Of a stretch of 64,000 nt of DNA, positions 53,936 through 64,000 are shown one piece after another; positions within the stretch are counted from its first letter, which is position 1, and every line of letters begins with the position of its first letter. Source of the DNA: Rebecca billardiae RCC1528. Lineage: Eukaryota; Protista; Haptophyta. A model generated the notes under the pieces. The model was not told the DNA's origin, did no database searches, and saw only the letters and a list, made by a program, of their open reading frames with translations. The translations under genes were made by a program, and so were the position numbers. Location of the stretch: NCBI GenBank assembly GCA_965240325.2, contig OZ251231.1, positions 1,054,001 through 1,118,000 on the forward strand. The letters are read 5' to 3'.

Positions 53936-54189
53936 CGAATCTAGTATACGACGTATATATAGTGGCATCAAGACCAGGCCGGACATCAGGTGAGCGCATA
54001 ATATATCCGGCGGCGGCCGGCCTACTCTTTTTCGATCTCGTCGCCTCGTCGGATCAGCAGCTTGCGGCGGCGGCGGCGGCGGCGGCATAGCGGCCGCGGC
54101 CGCTGCCGGGCACAGCGAGCGAAGATGCGCGCCTCATCACCGCGCGTCGTTGCCGCCACCGCCGCCGCCGTGCGCTACTTATTCGTCCC

Positions 54190-55420
54190 CTAGCGCAGCA
54201 CGCGGAGGATCTGCTGCTTGGGCAGCTTGGTCACCTTCTTGGCATGCATCGTGAGCGATCGCGTGTACGTCACGATGCCCGCCGGCTTTTCCGGCGGGTA
54301 TCGGCCCTCTGGCATCGACGCGCGGCCGGCCGAGTTGTCGACTCGATCCAGCACTTGTGCATCACCGCTCACGCGCGCCGCCGCCACGTCTTTCGGCATG
54401 AACTAGGCGTGGTGCGGGAGAGCTCGGTCTCGATCACGGCGTCTATGATGCCGTTCACGCTCGCACGCGCGCTCGTCGCCGACACGTACGCCTTCACCAG
54501 CCCGAAGCCCAGCAGCCGCGACAGGTGAGTCAGCTCGGTGATCAGCACGGTCCGGAGCACGCTCACGCCCTCGTCGTCGTGAGATGCGCGGATCAAACTT
54601 CGCCATCACGCACGGCGCCGTGCCCTCGAGCGCCCACTCCGCGGCGCGCTTGGCAACCTCTCATGAGTGCGGGTCCAGGATGTGCGCCTTCAACCGCCGC
54701 CCGTCGGTCTTGCCGTGCGACGACGCCGCGCTCCAGTGTGCGCGCAGGTGGTTGCGATGAACGGCACAAGCCCACCGTTCGTGAGTGGCGCCGGCGTCGG
54801 CGGACTCATCGGCACGCCAGGCGTGGTAAGGGCGGCGCACTGCGGCGGCGACGGCACAGGCGGGCCCTTACATCTCTGCCACACCGGCCGCTGACGCAAG
54901 ACGCCCTCCTTGCCTGCGCAACACGCCGCGCGCGCGGGAGGGGGCGATTCCACCTGTGAGTCGAAGTGAGTCACCCGTCCAAGAGCGCAAACCACTTGGC
55001 GAGTTGAATGGAGCGCTGTGGAGTGCTGAGCGAGCTAAAACGTGCGGACACGGTGGAGGCACGACCCTGAAGCAATGCTACGAAGCCCGATCCCGCAATC
55101 CGCCCGCGCCTCGCCGCGCGCACGCAAGCGCGCACGCGTGGGTCAGATCTGCGCTTGCGCACTCCGTTCCTTAGTTAGCTGCACCGGCGTCGGCGGACTC
55201 ATCGGCACGCCGGGCGCGGCGAGGGCGGCGCACTGCGGCGGCGGCGGCGCGGGCGGTGCCCTGTACCTCTTCGGCTGGGACTCGTAGCGAATGCAGAGGG
55301 CGTTCCCTGCCGCCACTGGGCCATGTACATCTCCCCCGAATGCCGCCCGTCGTGGCTTCTCTGTGGCCCCACGGGCTGCCCACAGAGTGCCGCCGACACG
55401 CGCGAGTAGGTGCACACCTC
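54190..55420 (-). pseudogene. Fragmented coding-like remnants including an ~85-bp diverged duplication (54791-54877 / 55184-55270)
   Basis: Protein-like stretches switch frame near 54405; duplicated PPQCAAL..PGVPMSPPTP segment. Confidence 0.3.
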
Positions 55421-55884
55421 CGAAATACCCTCGGCGCGCGGTTCAAACGACTGGACGCACGTGCGCACGTCCGCCCCCGTTCTCCCTGACCACCTGGGCG
55501 GCCATTGGCGCACATGCCATGCCGCGCATCCACCGCATCTGCAGCTCGCCAGCCGACCCGCATGTGTGCACGCTGGTCCACTGCTGGAGCGTGAGGAGAG
55601 ACGCGACGAGCTCATCATGGGGCGGGCTAGGAGGCCGACGCACGTGCTGTGACCACCCGTCATGCGCTCCGGACCGCGCCGTACGCGGTCGGCGTGCACG
55701 AGCCTCGAATCGGCGCGCGCAAGCGGCAGCCATGACTGTTACTGTTCGTCTCTCCACTGGCGGCTGCTTCCCGGGAACAAACTTGGTCCGCCAGCGCTAC
55801 AGTAAGCGGTTTCCTGCCGCGCACTCGCCTATCATACGTACAGTTTATTTGTTTTAACGTGCGTAAGGCTCACGGTGGCAGGTC

Positions 55885-56906
55885 ATAAGCCCATTTCACG
55901 TAACCAACCTCCAATAGCTGGCGGGAGTCTGAACTACAAACAATCTTGTGAAAGCCGAGGAGGCGAAGGGGGAAGGGCCGCCTGCGCATGGGGCCGTGAG
56001 CCCGCGTGCCGGCCGCTTGGTAGCCCCCGCCGCCGAGGTCGTCTCCGCGTCACACATCGACGTGCGTCAGTTTGATGTGTCTCATCGGGCGTGTGTGAAT
56101 ACTTGCAGGGGCGCTGCATTCCTTGAAGGCTCGGTATCGCACCCCTCCGAGTGTGCACGCTCGTCAAGCCGTGACCGTGCGAGATGCTCGGCGTGTGGGC
56201 TTACACGCCGACAATGTAGGCGAGATGAGCGGTGCCGAGGGCCAGGAGATGGGTGATTCCACGCGGGGGCAGTCTCGTGCGAGGCGGTCGGCCCCTCGCG
56301 CACCGGCTCGGGGCGCGCCTGAAGCTGCCATGGTGAGCCTGCCCGTCGCCTCCGCGATGACCACACACTCGCAAAAATCACAGAAACACGCCGTTCTCAC
56401 TGTTCTGAGATATTTAAGGTAAGCTTGGGATGGTGGAGACAAGGATGTGAATGAGAGTGCCCAGTGCTTCAGGCGGGCCCCGAGCCGATGCGCGAGGGGC
56501 CGACCGCCTCGCACGAGACTGCCCCCGCGTGGAATCACCCATCTCCTGGCCCTCGGCACCGCTCATCTCGCCTACATTGTCGGCGTGTAAGCCCACACGC
56601 CGAGCATCTCGCACGGTCACGGCTTGACGAGCGTGCACACTCGGAGGGGTGCGATACCGAGCCTTCAAGGAATGCAGCGCCCCTGCAAGTATTCACACAC
56701 GCCCGATGAGACACATCAAACTGACGCACGTCGATGTGTGACGCAGAGACGACCTCGGCGGCGGGGGCTACCAAGCGGCCGGCACGCGGGCTCACGGCCC
56801 CATGCGCAGGCGGCCCTTCCCCCTTCGCCTCCTCGGCTTTCACAAGATTGTTTGTAGTTCAGACTCCCGCCAGCTATTGGAGGTTGGTTACGTGAAATGG
56901 GCTTAT
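55885..56906. mobile_element. Foldback/MITE-like element: 441-bp near-perfect inverted arms (55885-56325, 56466-56906) around a 140-bp spacer
   Basis: Arms are reverse complements with very few mismatches; ends TA|AGCCCATTTCAC...GTGAAATGGGCT|TA; no coding capacity. Confidence 0.88.
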
Positions 56907-57044
56907 CCACGCTCTCCGAAGAGAGACCGTATTAACACTTTACGCAGCGGATGACGACATTAATTAATTCGTCGCGTTACCCCGGCCGTCGACCCCGCCG
57001 GCGCGGCCCCCTGCCCTGTCTTGTCTCGCGTCCGAGTGTGCGCC

Positions 57045-57509
57045 ATGGGCTACGGCAGCTGCCTGAAGATTGTGAACAACACGCCGTACTCGTTCACCAA
57101 GACCGCTTCACATTCGTACCAGATGGACCAGTGGGGCCCATTTCCGGACTCCATCGCGGCCGGGACATCGTCTGTGACCTACTACGAAAGGGATGCGAGC
57201 ATCTTCGACGCCACCGACGACGATTCGGGTGATGTGACGTACCAGATCGACGACGGCGCGGGCGGCAAGCTCTTCCATTTCCATCAGGCAGTCTCGCCGC
57301 CGTATCCTGACGTGGAGCTGACCAACTGGACCGCCCCGGTTTGGGGCTCAGGTGGATCTCTCGCAACTGTGTGTGGCACATGCGCCGGCTACCCAAGCTC
57401 CAAGAACCCCACCTGGCTCCTGCAGATCGGCGGCTCGGGGGACGCGCTCACCCTCACAACAGGCTCCGTCGCGGCAGGCATTATGGGCTATTGTGATGAC
57501 GACTCGTAA
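57045..57509 (+). CDS. Small beta-rich protein resembling an aegerolysin/Cry34-like domain (as at the N-terminus of some fungal PLC-like phosphodiesterases)
   Basis: MGYGSCLKIVNNTPYSF....SHSYQMDQW.FPDSIAAG......E....F....DDSGDVTY pattern; coding-like GC3. Confidence 0.55.
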   Translation: MGYGSCLKIVNNTPYSFTKTASHSYQMDQWGPFPDSIAAGTSSVTYYERDASIFDATDDDSGDVTYQIDDGAGGKLFHFHQAVSPPYPDVELTNWTAPVWGSGGSLATVCGTCAGYPSSKNPTWLLQIGGSGDALTLTTGSVAAGIMGYCDDDS

Positions 57510-58236
57510 GACGGTACGTACCGTCGTTGCGTATGGTAGTCGTGTGACCGGTGACGACGCGCTACTTCAGTAGCCTAATGGCGTCACGTGCCGCGTGCGG
57601 CCTGCGGCCGGACACTGAGTCTGGCGAGTCGTCAGGCGGGCGCGACGGCGGAGTGCAGCAGCAGCAGCCGCGACGGCGACCGCCAATCGTCCGCCGGAGT
57701 CGCGGACATTATTATCGTCATTATATGACGTGGCCAGTCACGGTACGGTTACTATCAACCGTGTTCGGCCTCCAGAGTCCAGAGCGCGGGGCGGCCGCTT
57801 GACACTGCAATAATGGCCGCCTCGATGAGGTGCGGCAACGCGCCCCTCACCTGCCTGCGCCGGTCTGTTTTGTGGCGGTGTCTTTGTGCAGTGTTGGATG
57901 GCGTCAATCACGCCTTAAACCAAGTGTGCACGTTATTATTATAATAAAACTCATAGTCGTAAACTGTAGTCCATCGACCAGACCGGTCCGTCCGGTGTCA
58001 CGGCCCGTCGGAGACGGAGCAGTACTCTGCATCTGGCACCGCGGGCGCGGTACGGTCCGGCCGCCACAGACGACTGAGACTGGCTCGGCGGACACGACCG
58101 TGTCAGTGAGTGGCGCACGTGGTCACCCGCCGGGCACACACACTCGCGGATAAGCGAGAGAGAGTATATTCGCCACGACACTATCCCGGCGGCGGCGGCG
58201 CGGCAGCCGCACTGACTTAACAATGTATTATAGTTA

Positions 58237-58555
58237 TGGCCCGCGGTGCCGGGGTGGAGCGCGCAGCGTGGAGCCCGCACTGCGGGCCCTAACCACGTTT
58301 CAAAAAAGATCTTTGATCAAGAAAAAAGTAGGGACGGGACGATTTTCAGGGCTGGAGGAGACCGAGTTTCAAATATTGAGACAGCATAGACTAGAGACAT
58401 CTATTAGCTAGAAATGGGCGCACCCACAATATTCCCCGTAAGTAAAGTGTGCCGGTGTGACGCCCGTCCGTCGACAAAAAACTCGCGCCCTTTAATTAGG
58501 ATGCGTAACGTAACGAACCGTTACGAGCGATTTTTCCGGCCAATGAGATTCAAGC
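58237..58555 (+). mobile_element. 5' end of a second member of the Helitron2-like family (homologous to 27407-27705); 3' end not located
   Basis: TTATGGCCCGCGGTGC...AACCACGTTTCAAAAA(A)GATCTTTGATCAAGAAAAAAG...GGCTGGAGGAGACCGAGTTTC...TAACGTAACGAACCGTTAC..GCGATTTTTCCGGCCAATGAGATT shared. Confidence 0.8.
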
Positions 58556-58819
58556 AGCGACGACGTTTGACTGATCATCAAAGGTTGATCGCACCAAGGG
58601 AGATAGCGTTTACGGCTATCTCCCTTGATCGCACCGGGATCATCTCACGCAGCCGCGCCGATGAAGTTAGCGCGGGGGCGCCACCGGCGCATCCGATTGC
58701 GGATTGGTCGGTTAGACCATGGTCCTATTCACCGCATCTCGGCCTCGGTCCCGTCGGTGGTCCACCCCGACCGGTCCACTGGTCATCCCACATCGTCATC
58801 TGTCGGCTGGTCGCCCTCA

Positions 58820-59900
58820 CAGCCTCCCCGAGCGCGCAGCCTGTCTGTCGCCTCGCAGGCCGCGCAGCGCGCGCATCGCGCCGCGCTGCAGAGCATACGC
58901 GGCGCCGCTCGGAAGGGCGAGCTCGAGCACGCGAGCTCGCTCCTCGACGCCGAGCGCGAGCTCCTCGACACCGTGCGCGACGCGAAGGAGCAGGTGCTGT
59001 CTCCGCAGATGGCGGTGCGGGCGCTCTGCCCGAGCTGCAACAACCCGCTGCTCTCGGGTCAGGTGCCTCAGCGCATCCAGGACCGCCGCCGCCAGGTGCT
59101 GACCATCACCAAGGTGGCGGGCAAGCCTAGTGCGCAAGGCGAGCGACTCAGACTGCGTGCGTCGTGTGGTGATCGAGGCGCTGAGCCTGATCATGGTGAG
59201 GCGCATCTTCCGGGCCCACCCGACGCGCAGACCACGCAGACGTCGCTTCCGGGCGCGTGGGACTCGCGCACCAAGACGGTGTGGCGCGGGGACACTCCCT
59301 GCTGCCGCTCGGGAGGTGGGCCTCGCCGCGCCTGGCCAAGCTGGTGCACGAGGGGGCGTGCAGCGCAAGGACGCGTCGGGCCCGTACTCCCATGTGCTCA
59401 AGATCGTCTTCCGCGTCGCGACGATGAGCGTGGCGGCCCCTCATAAACAACCTGCAGCTGCCGGCGTCGCTCCCCTGTGCACAGCGCGCGCGCGCGCGCG
59501 ACGGGCATTCGTGGCGCGCCGACCAGCCGTACGGCGCTGACAGTTGACGCACCTCGCGCATGCGCTACAGCGGCCGCGCCGCCACTGCCGCCGCGCAGGC
59601 ATGCTCTCGGAGGAGGAGACGGCGGAGCTGCGCGCACACGTGGCCGCGCGGCTCTCGGTCTGCGATCATGGGCGCGCTCGGCGCTGCCGGCGGCGCGCCG
59701 CTGAACGCCACGAGTATCGCGGCCGCGGCTGGAACCTCCCCTTGTGCAGCCCGCACTCCGCGTCCACAAACGCGCATGAACGCGGACAGATGGACGGCGC
59801 CGCCGCCGATGGCCACGGGCATCGCGTGCGCCCTGGCGAAAAGCTCTCGGACCGCGTGCGCGAATGGCCTGGCCTCTACGAGACTCTGGTGTCTCAACGT
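58820..59900 (+). pseudogene. Frameshifted coding-like fragments (coiled-coil, CPSC motif) downstream of the element 5' end; possibly captured gene remnants
   Basis: ELEHASSLLDAERELLDTVRDAKEQ...ALCPSCNNPLL, then frame changes. Confidence 0.3.
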
Positions 59901-60417
59901 CTCCAAAATGTATGGGGGTATCACGGGTACAGTATGGAGAAACAGTATATATATATAGTTGATGTACTATTCGCTATTGAAAGGGGTACGTATGATACCG
60001 TACAAAGGGCCATCAAGTATTCTGATCATGGTATTTTCAGGTTTTCGCGGTTCATCTCGCCGCGGGTACAGTAATACTCGTTCGTCAGATGCATACTTGC
60101 GGATACATACCGTACCGGCCGAGGGATCCTCATTCCTCCCTTGCGGATACTTGATGAATACTGTCGATGATCTTTCTTGTTAAATATATATATCTTCCCC
60201 TTCCTCTTCACAATTCACAGTGACACCCTTCCGGATGGCCTTTTGCACATAGCATAGCAACAGTGGTAATCCGGGTAGAATATCCGGGCGTCGGGCGACG
60301 GGGGTCGGGCCTGGTCGGCGGGGCCCGGCCGGGGCGGGAGGGGGCGCTTTCGGGCTTCGCCAGGCCTTGGCTCGCGACGGGCTCACGGGCCGGCCGCGGC
60401 CGAGCAATTCTGGAGCC

Positions 60418-63306
60418 ATGATGATGACGTCCGAACCGCGGGCGACGCGGACGACGCGGACGCTCGTGGCTGTGGGCACGCTCGTCATCGGCGTAGCGTG
60501 TGCACTTGGTGCTTTTCTCACGCTCAACCCACCCAACATCTCCCACTCTGACGGTGTGCCGCCGGCCCAGGTCGCGAGGTCGCGAGAGCGGTCGCCGATC
60601 TGTCCGCCGCGTGTGAACGCGCGGGGCGCGGGCTGCCGCGCGGTGCTGACTGCGGAAGCGAGGGGCTGGGTAGAGACGCGTGCGTACGGCAGCCCAGGGG
60701 ATGCGCCTACCCACACTCCCTGCCCAGCCACAGCTCTGACATGCCAGTGGCCCTGCCCGCTTGCCAACGGCGCCGCTGCGTCCCGTGCGCGCGCAGGGCC
60801 GCGCGCAGGCGTCACAAGGTTTGGGCCGCCCTCTTTTGACGCGATTCGCCTCGAAGACGAGGATACGGCTGCTCGCGCCGAAGGTACGACGCGCCCTCTG
60901 CCCTGCCTGGGGTTTCTGTGACTGCCTTACACTCTGCCGAGTGACGCAACAGCTCGCCACACAGCACACTTCTCATATGACCGGCTGACCGTACTGCCAC
61001 CGCCGCGCCGCGTGGGGTGACGCGCAACAGGGGAGGATACTGGGACTGTCACTATTATGGCCGACTCACCTTCCTCATCGGCAGAGCTGCCGAAGGATGT
61101 GACCGTGCTGCAGATTGGCAACGAGACCGTTCTGCAGTACAACCACAGCAGTGCAACCCCCCGGCGGTCTCTGGCTGATGTCTTTGACGAGGTGGATACC
61201 AACAAGGATGGGCCATGGGGTCGTCTCCACCGAGGTTTGCGCCTCCGCGCCTGCTGCAGTGCATGCCATGGCGGTTCTGACGCAGCACCACACTGATGTG
61301 ACGGATGTGATCGATCAAGTGCAGCCCGCTGCATGCAGTACTGGCTCGATTGACCTGCCCCCCCCCCCCCCCCCACCCCCCTACTGCACGCCTGCGCGCA
61401 CTGGCACATCTGCTGAGCAGGAGATTGCAAGTGCGCGTGGGGAGACAACAAACCATGCCCACATGCTTCTCAGTGTGTGTGACACCAATGGTGATGGCCT
61501 GCTGCAGAAGGAGGAGGTGGCCTCGTGTGTACTGGAGCCAGGCAAGCAGGGCGACTTCATCTTCATCAAGCAGGCCATGGAGCACGATGTCAATAACGAC
61601 GAGCTGCTGGACACAGAGGTGAATGATGCCCCTGCACCAGCAACAGCAGCATGCCACTGTACACCAAAGCTCACAACATCCCTGCCTCTCCCCGTTCCCC
61701 ATCTGGCGCACACTGCCCGCCGCGCGCGCAGGAGTTCAAGACAGTGATTGCAGATGTGGCATCCGACATGGCACTGGACGTGGCGGACCAGTTCAGCGCA
61801 GTTGCAGCTGGGAGCTTGTTTGTGCATGCAGATGCAAACGGAGACGGCCTGCTGGACGTAAGTGAGCTCGTTGCTCTCCGCCATGCTGAGGAGGATGCGC
61901 TGGCAGACCCAGCACTGTTTGACCTGGATGGAAACGGCGGGCTCGAGTTCTGGGAGGTGGCCATCATGCTCAGCGTGGTCGGTGGACATGCAGTCGTGAT
62001 GGTGGACCTGCATGGGGCCTTCAACGAGCTCGATGCAGATGCAGATGGCACCATCAGCTATGCTGACTTTGCTGACTTCCACTCCGGCTTCGAGCAGGCG
62101 CTGCACACAGACCACTTCAACACCAGCATCATCGCTGAGAAGGCGCTGTGGCAGCCAGGGCTGGAGAAGAGTGCAGCGCAACCTTGGTCAGAAATTGATT
62201 GGAAAGGTGCAGCTGCCTCCGCAGCGGTGGCTATGCCAGTCAACGCCGTTTTCACCCACCCCTACGTCATGTGCGGTTTGGCTGTCTACCTCCTCATCAC
62301 CGACCCAGAGAAGTTCTACGCTGTGGTAACGCACGGCCTTCGCGCGCTGTACGAGGGCGCTACGGGCGCTGGCTCCGTCCTGGACATAGCGTATTCGACA
62401 GATGACAAGGAGGGATACGACATGTTGACAGACCCGAACGCCATTGGATTTGGGGATATTCAAACGGAGTGCTATGGCTATGACATCAAGAGCTACAACC
62501 GCGACGGAAAGGACTGCATGAATGACTGTCTGAGGGACAAGCGGTGCGCTGGCGTCTCGTTCAAGGTGAGGAAAGTCTACATGCCCTTGTGGCGCACCAT
62601 CTACGAGCAGACGCACTGCATCACCAAGCGCAAGGCTTGCGCAGGACAGGCGGTCCGGAACCACAAGAACGCATTCAGTGACCGTGCCCTTCCTCCAGCG
62701 GAGTGGTTCTTCCGGCCCAGGCTCTTTCCGGGCTATGTAACCACTGCTAGCATCGACTGCACAGGCACCAACCTCGAGTCGCACTGGTGGGACATCACGC
62801 ACTGCAAGAACCGCTGCGACGAGCTCGAGGACTGCGCTGGCTTCAATTGGAACGGCGACTACTGCACTCTCAAGGCCAACTGTGGCGAAGGCAATCTTGC
62901 CAAGGACACAGGCAGGAGCTTCTACGTCAAGCGCTGTGGAGTGAGCATGTCTATGTTCTATCGTGCAAACTTTGAAACCAGAGCGATCATAAACAGGCAC
63001 GGCCAGTCTGTCGTTACGCGATACAAGTCAGTTCGGCCGAAGCCCTGGAGTACCTATGAGGGATGCCGCGACCTCCTGTACCAGTGGACCGCAAAATGTG
63101 ATTGGAGGGACAATGTGCACATCAGCCAAGTCTACTCTGGGGGTGACTTCTTCTTGATGGAGGTCCCTGACACCAACGTTTTGCCCTCCAGGCGCTTCCA
63201 ATGCCTTCCCATTCCTTTCGGGCTGCGGCGTTGGAACGACAAGGTGGTTGTGGATTGGTATCGGCTGCCATACCACGAGTTAGATCAAGCGACGATCGCT
63301 GTGTGA
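60418..63306 (+). pseudogene. Multi-EF-hand plus PAN/apple-like domain gene with 4 introns, interrupted by a 7-bp frameshift insertion at 61213-61219
   Basis: Exons ~60418-60553, 60809-60883, 61031-61234, 61421-61618, 61732-63306. EF loops DTNKDG(VVSTE|E), DTNGDGLLQKEE, DVNNDELLDTE|E, DANGDGLLDVSE, DLDGNGGLEFWE, DADADGTISYAD. Apple-like C.G.D/N...C...C.....CAG..F motifs twice. Confidence 0.7.
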
Positions 63307-63852
63307 TGCTGGGCAGCATACGAAGGAAGGCAAGACGCGCGTCGATCGGCACGGCACGTACGTCCAGATTGGCGCATGATCACTCTCTCCTGTCACCGAT
63401 CATCGACGACAAGGCGCGTCGGCGAAACCCTTCGCCCCATTCGGCGGCACGTTCCACAGCCCGGACGGCGGCGGTGGCGACAACTGGCAGAGAGCAAGAA
63501 ATAACAAGGCAACGCATTGGTCGGCAGAGTGCTGCCAGTGGCGCGATGCAGCGACGAGCGCAGGCGGCGGGCTATCTCTCGAGTGACAGTCGAATAAATG
63601 AGGTGCGGCTTGGCAGCTGTGCTTCAGGAGTGATGCCCCAGGCTGGATGAAATACAGGGCCACCTGGGTGCCAGTGCCTGCGCGATGCCGTTCATCGTTG
63701 CCAATCCAGACTAACTCAAACTGTAAGCAGCTATATCAGTGATGTAGCAGCAGTTATATTATTACACCTTGATTATTATAAAACTGATGACGACAGCGCG
63801 CGGGCTGCGCGGCGACGACGCAAAAAAGTCAATCTCCCTCCTCAGCACGTAA

Positions 63853-63886
63853 AGAGAGAGAGAGAGAGAGACCGAGAGAGAGAGAG
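63853..63886. repeat. (AG)n microsatellite
   Basis: Interrupted AG run. Confidence 0.8.
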
Positions 63887-64000
63887 TGAGCAGACGTGTA
63901 TATTGTCTGACGATGGTATGCGATGAGTATGACTCGACACTCTCGACATTGTCACTACTACTATATGTGAGTAACTGCCGTCATCAGTCACGCCGTTAAA

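Noticed and set aside
54190-54300. Histone H4-like match (IVTYTRSLTMHAKKVT)
   Set aside because: Only a few residues resemble H4; the rest of the fold is absent.
58034-58046. Subterminal IR partner (GGCACCGCGGGC) for the element starting at 58237
   Set aside because: It lies upstream of the 5' end and lacks the family 3' hairpin; a 12-bp GC-rich match may be chance.
1-64000. Numerous long Arg/Ala/Pro-rich overlapping ORFs
   Set aside because: Expected shadow ORFs in very high-GC DNA where stop codons are rare; no motifs.

Overview
Very GC-rich eukaryotic nuclear DNA with short GT-AG introns, often ending ...GCGCGCAG. Base composition, intron style and gene repertoire suggest a haptophyte alga such as a Pavlovales/Diacronema-like species (inference only). 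Host genes: the 3' end of a probable patatin-like gene, a Pro/Cys-rich surface protein, a nocturnin-like EEP phosphatase, two glycosyltransferase-like proteins, a TPR protein, a DEAD-box helicase, proteasome ATPase RPT6, a flavin amine oxidase, a tricorn (S41) protease, a sulfotransferase, a possible Mn-motif ciliary protein, a 5'-nucleotidase with EF-hand, an aegerolysin-like small protein and a frameshifted EF-hand/PAN gene. Mobile DNA is abundant: an intact Ty1/copia element (apparently identical 609-bp LTRs, GTATT TSD, candidate -1 frameshift), a family of elements with Helitron2/Helentron-like ends, a 1-kb foldback and several structured repeats. The most striking feature is at 2231-5903. 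An intronless PrimPol/NCLDV-type archaeo-eukaryotic primase (AEP) gene with a UL52-like zinc finger sits between ~425-bp inverted repeats carrying inward-facing GTAACA repeat arrays (8 copies left, 2 right). The whole unit lies inside ends that resemble the Helitron2-like element at 27407-29031, and it encodes no Rep/helicase or transposase. This is a candidate primase-carrying mobile element or replicon. All protein calls come from motifs recognised by eye; no searches were run.
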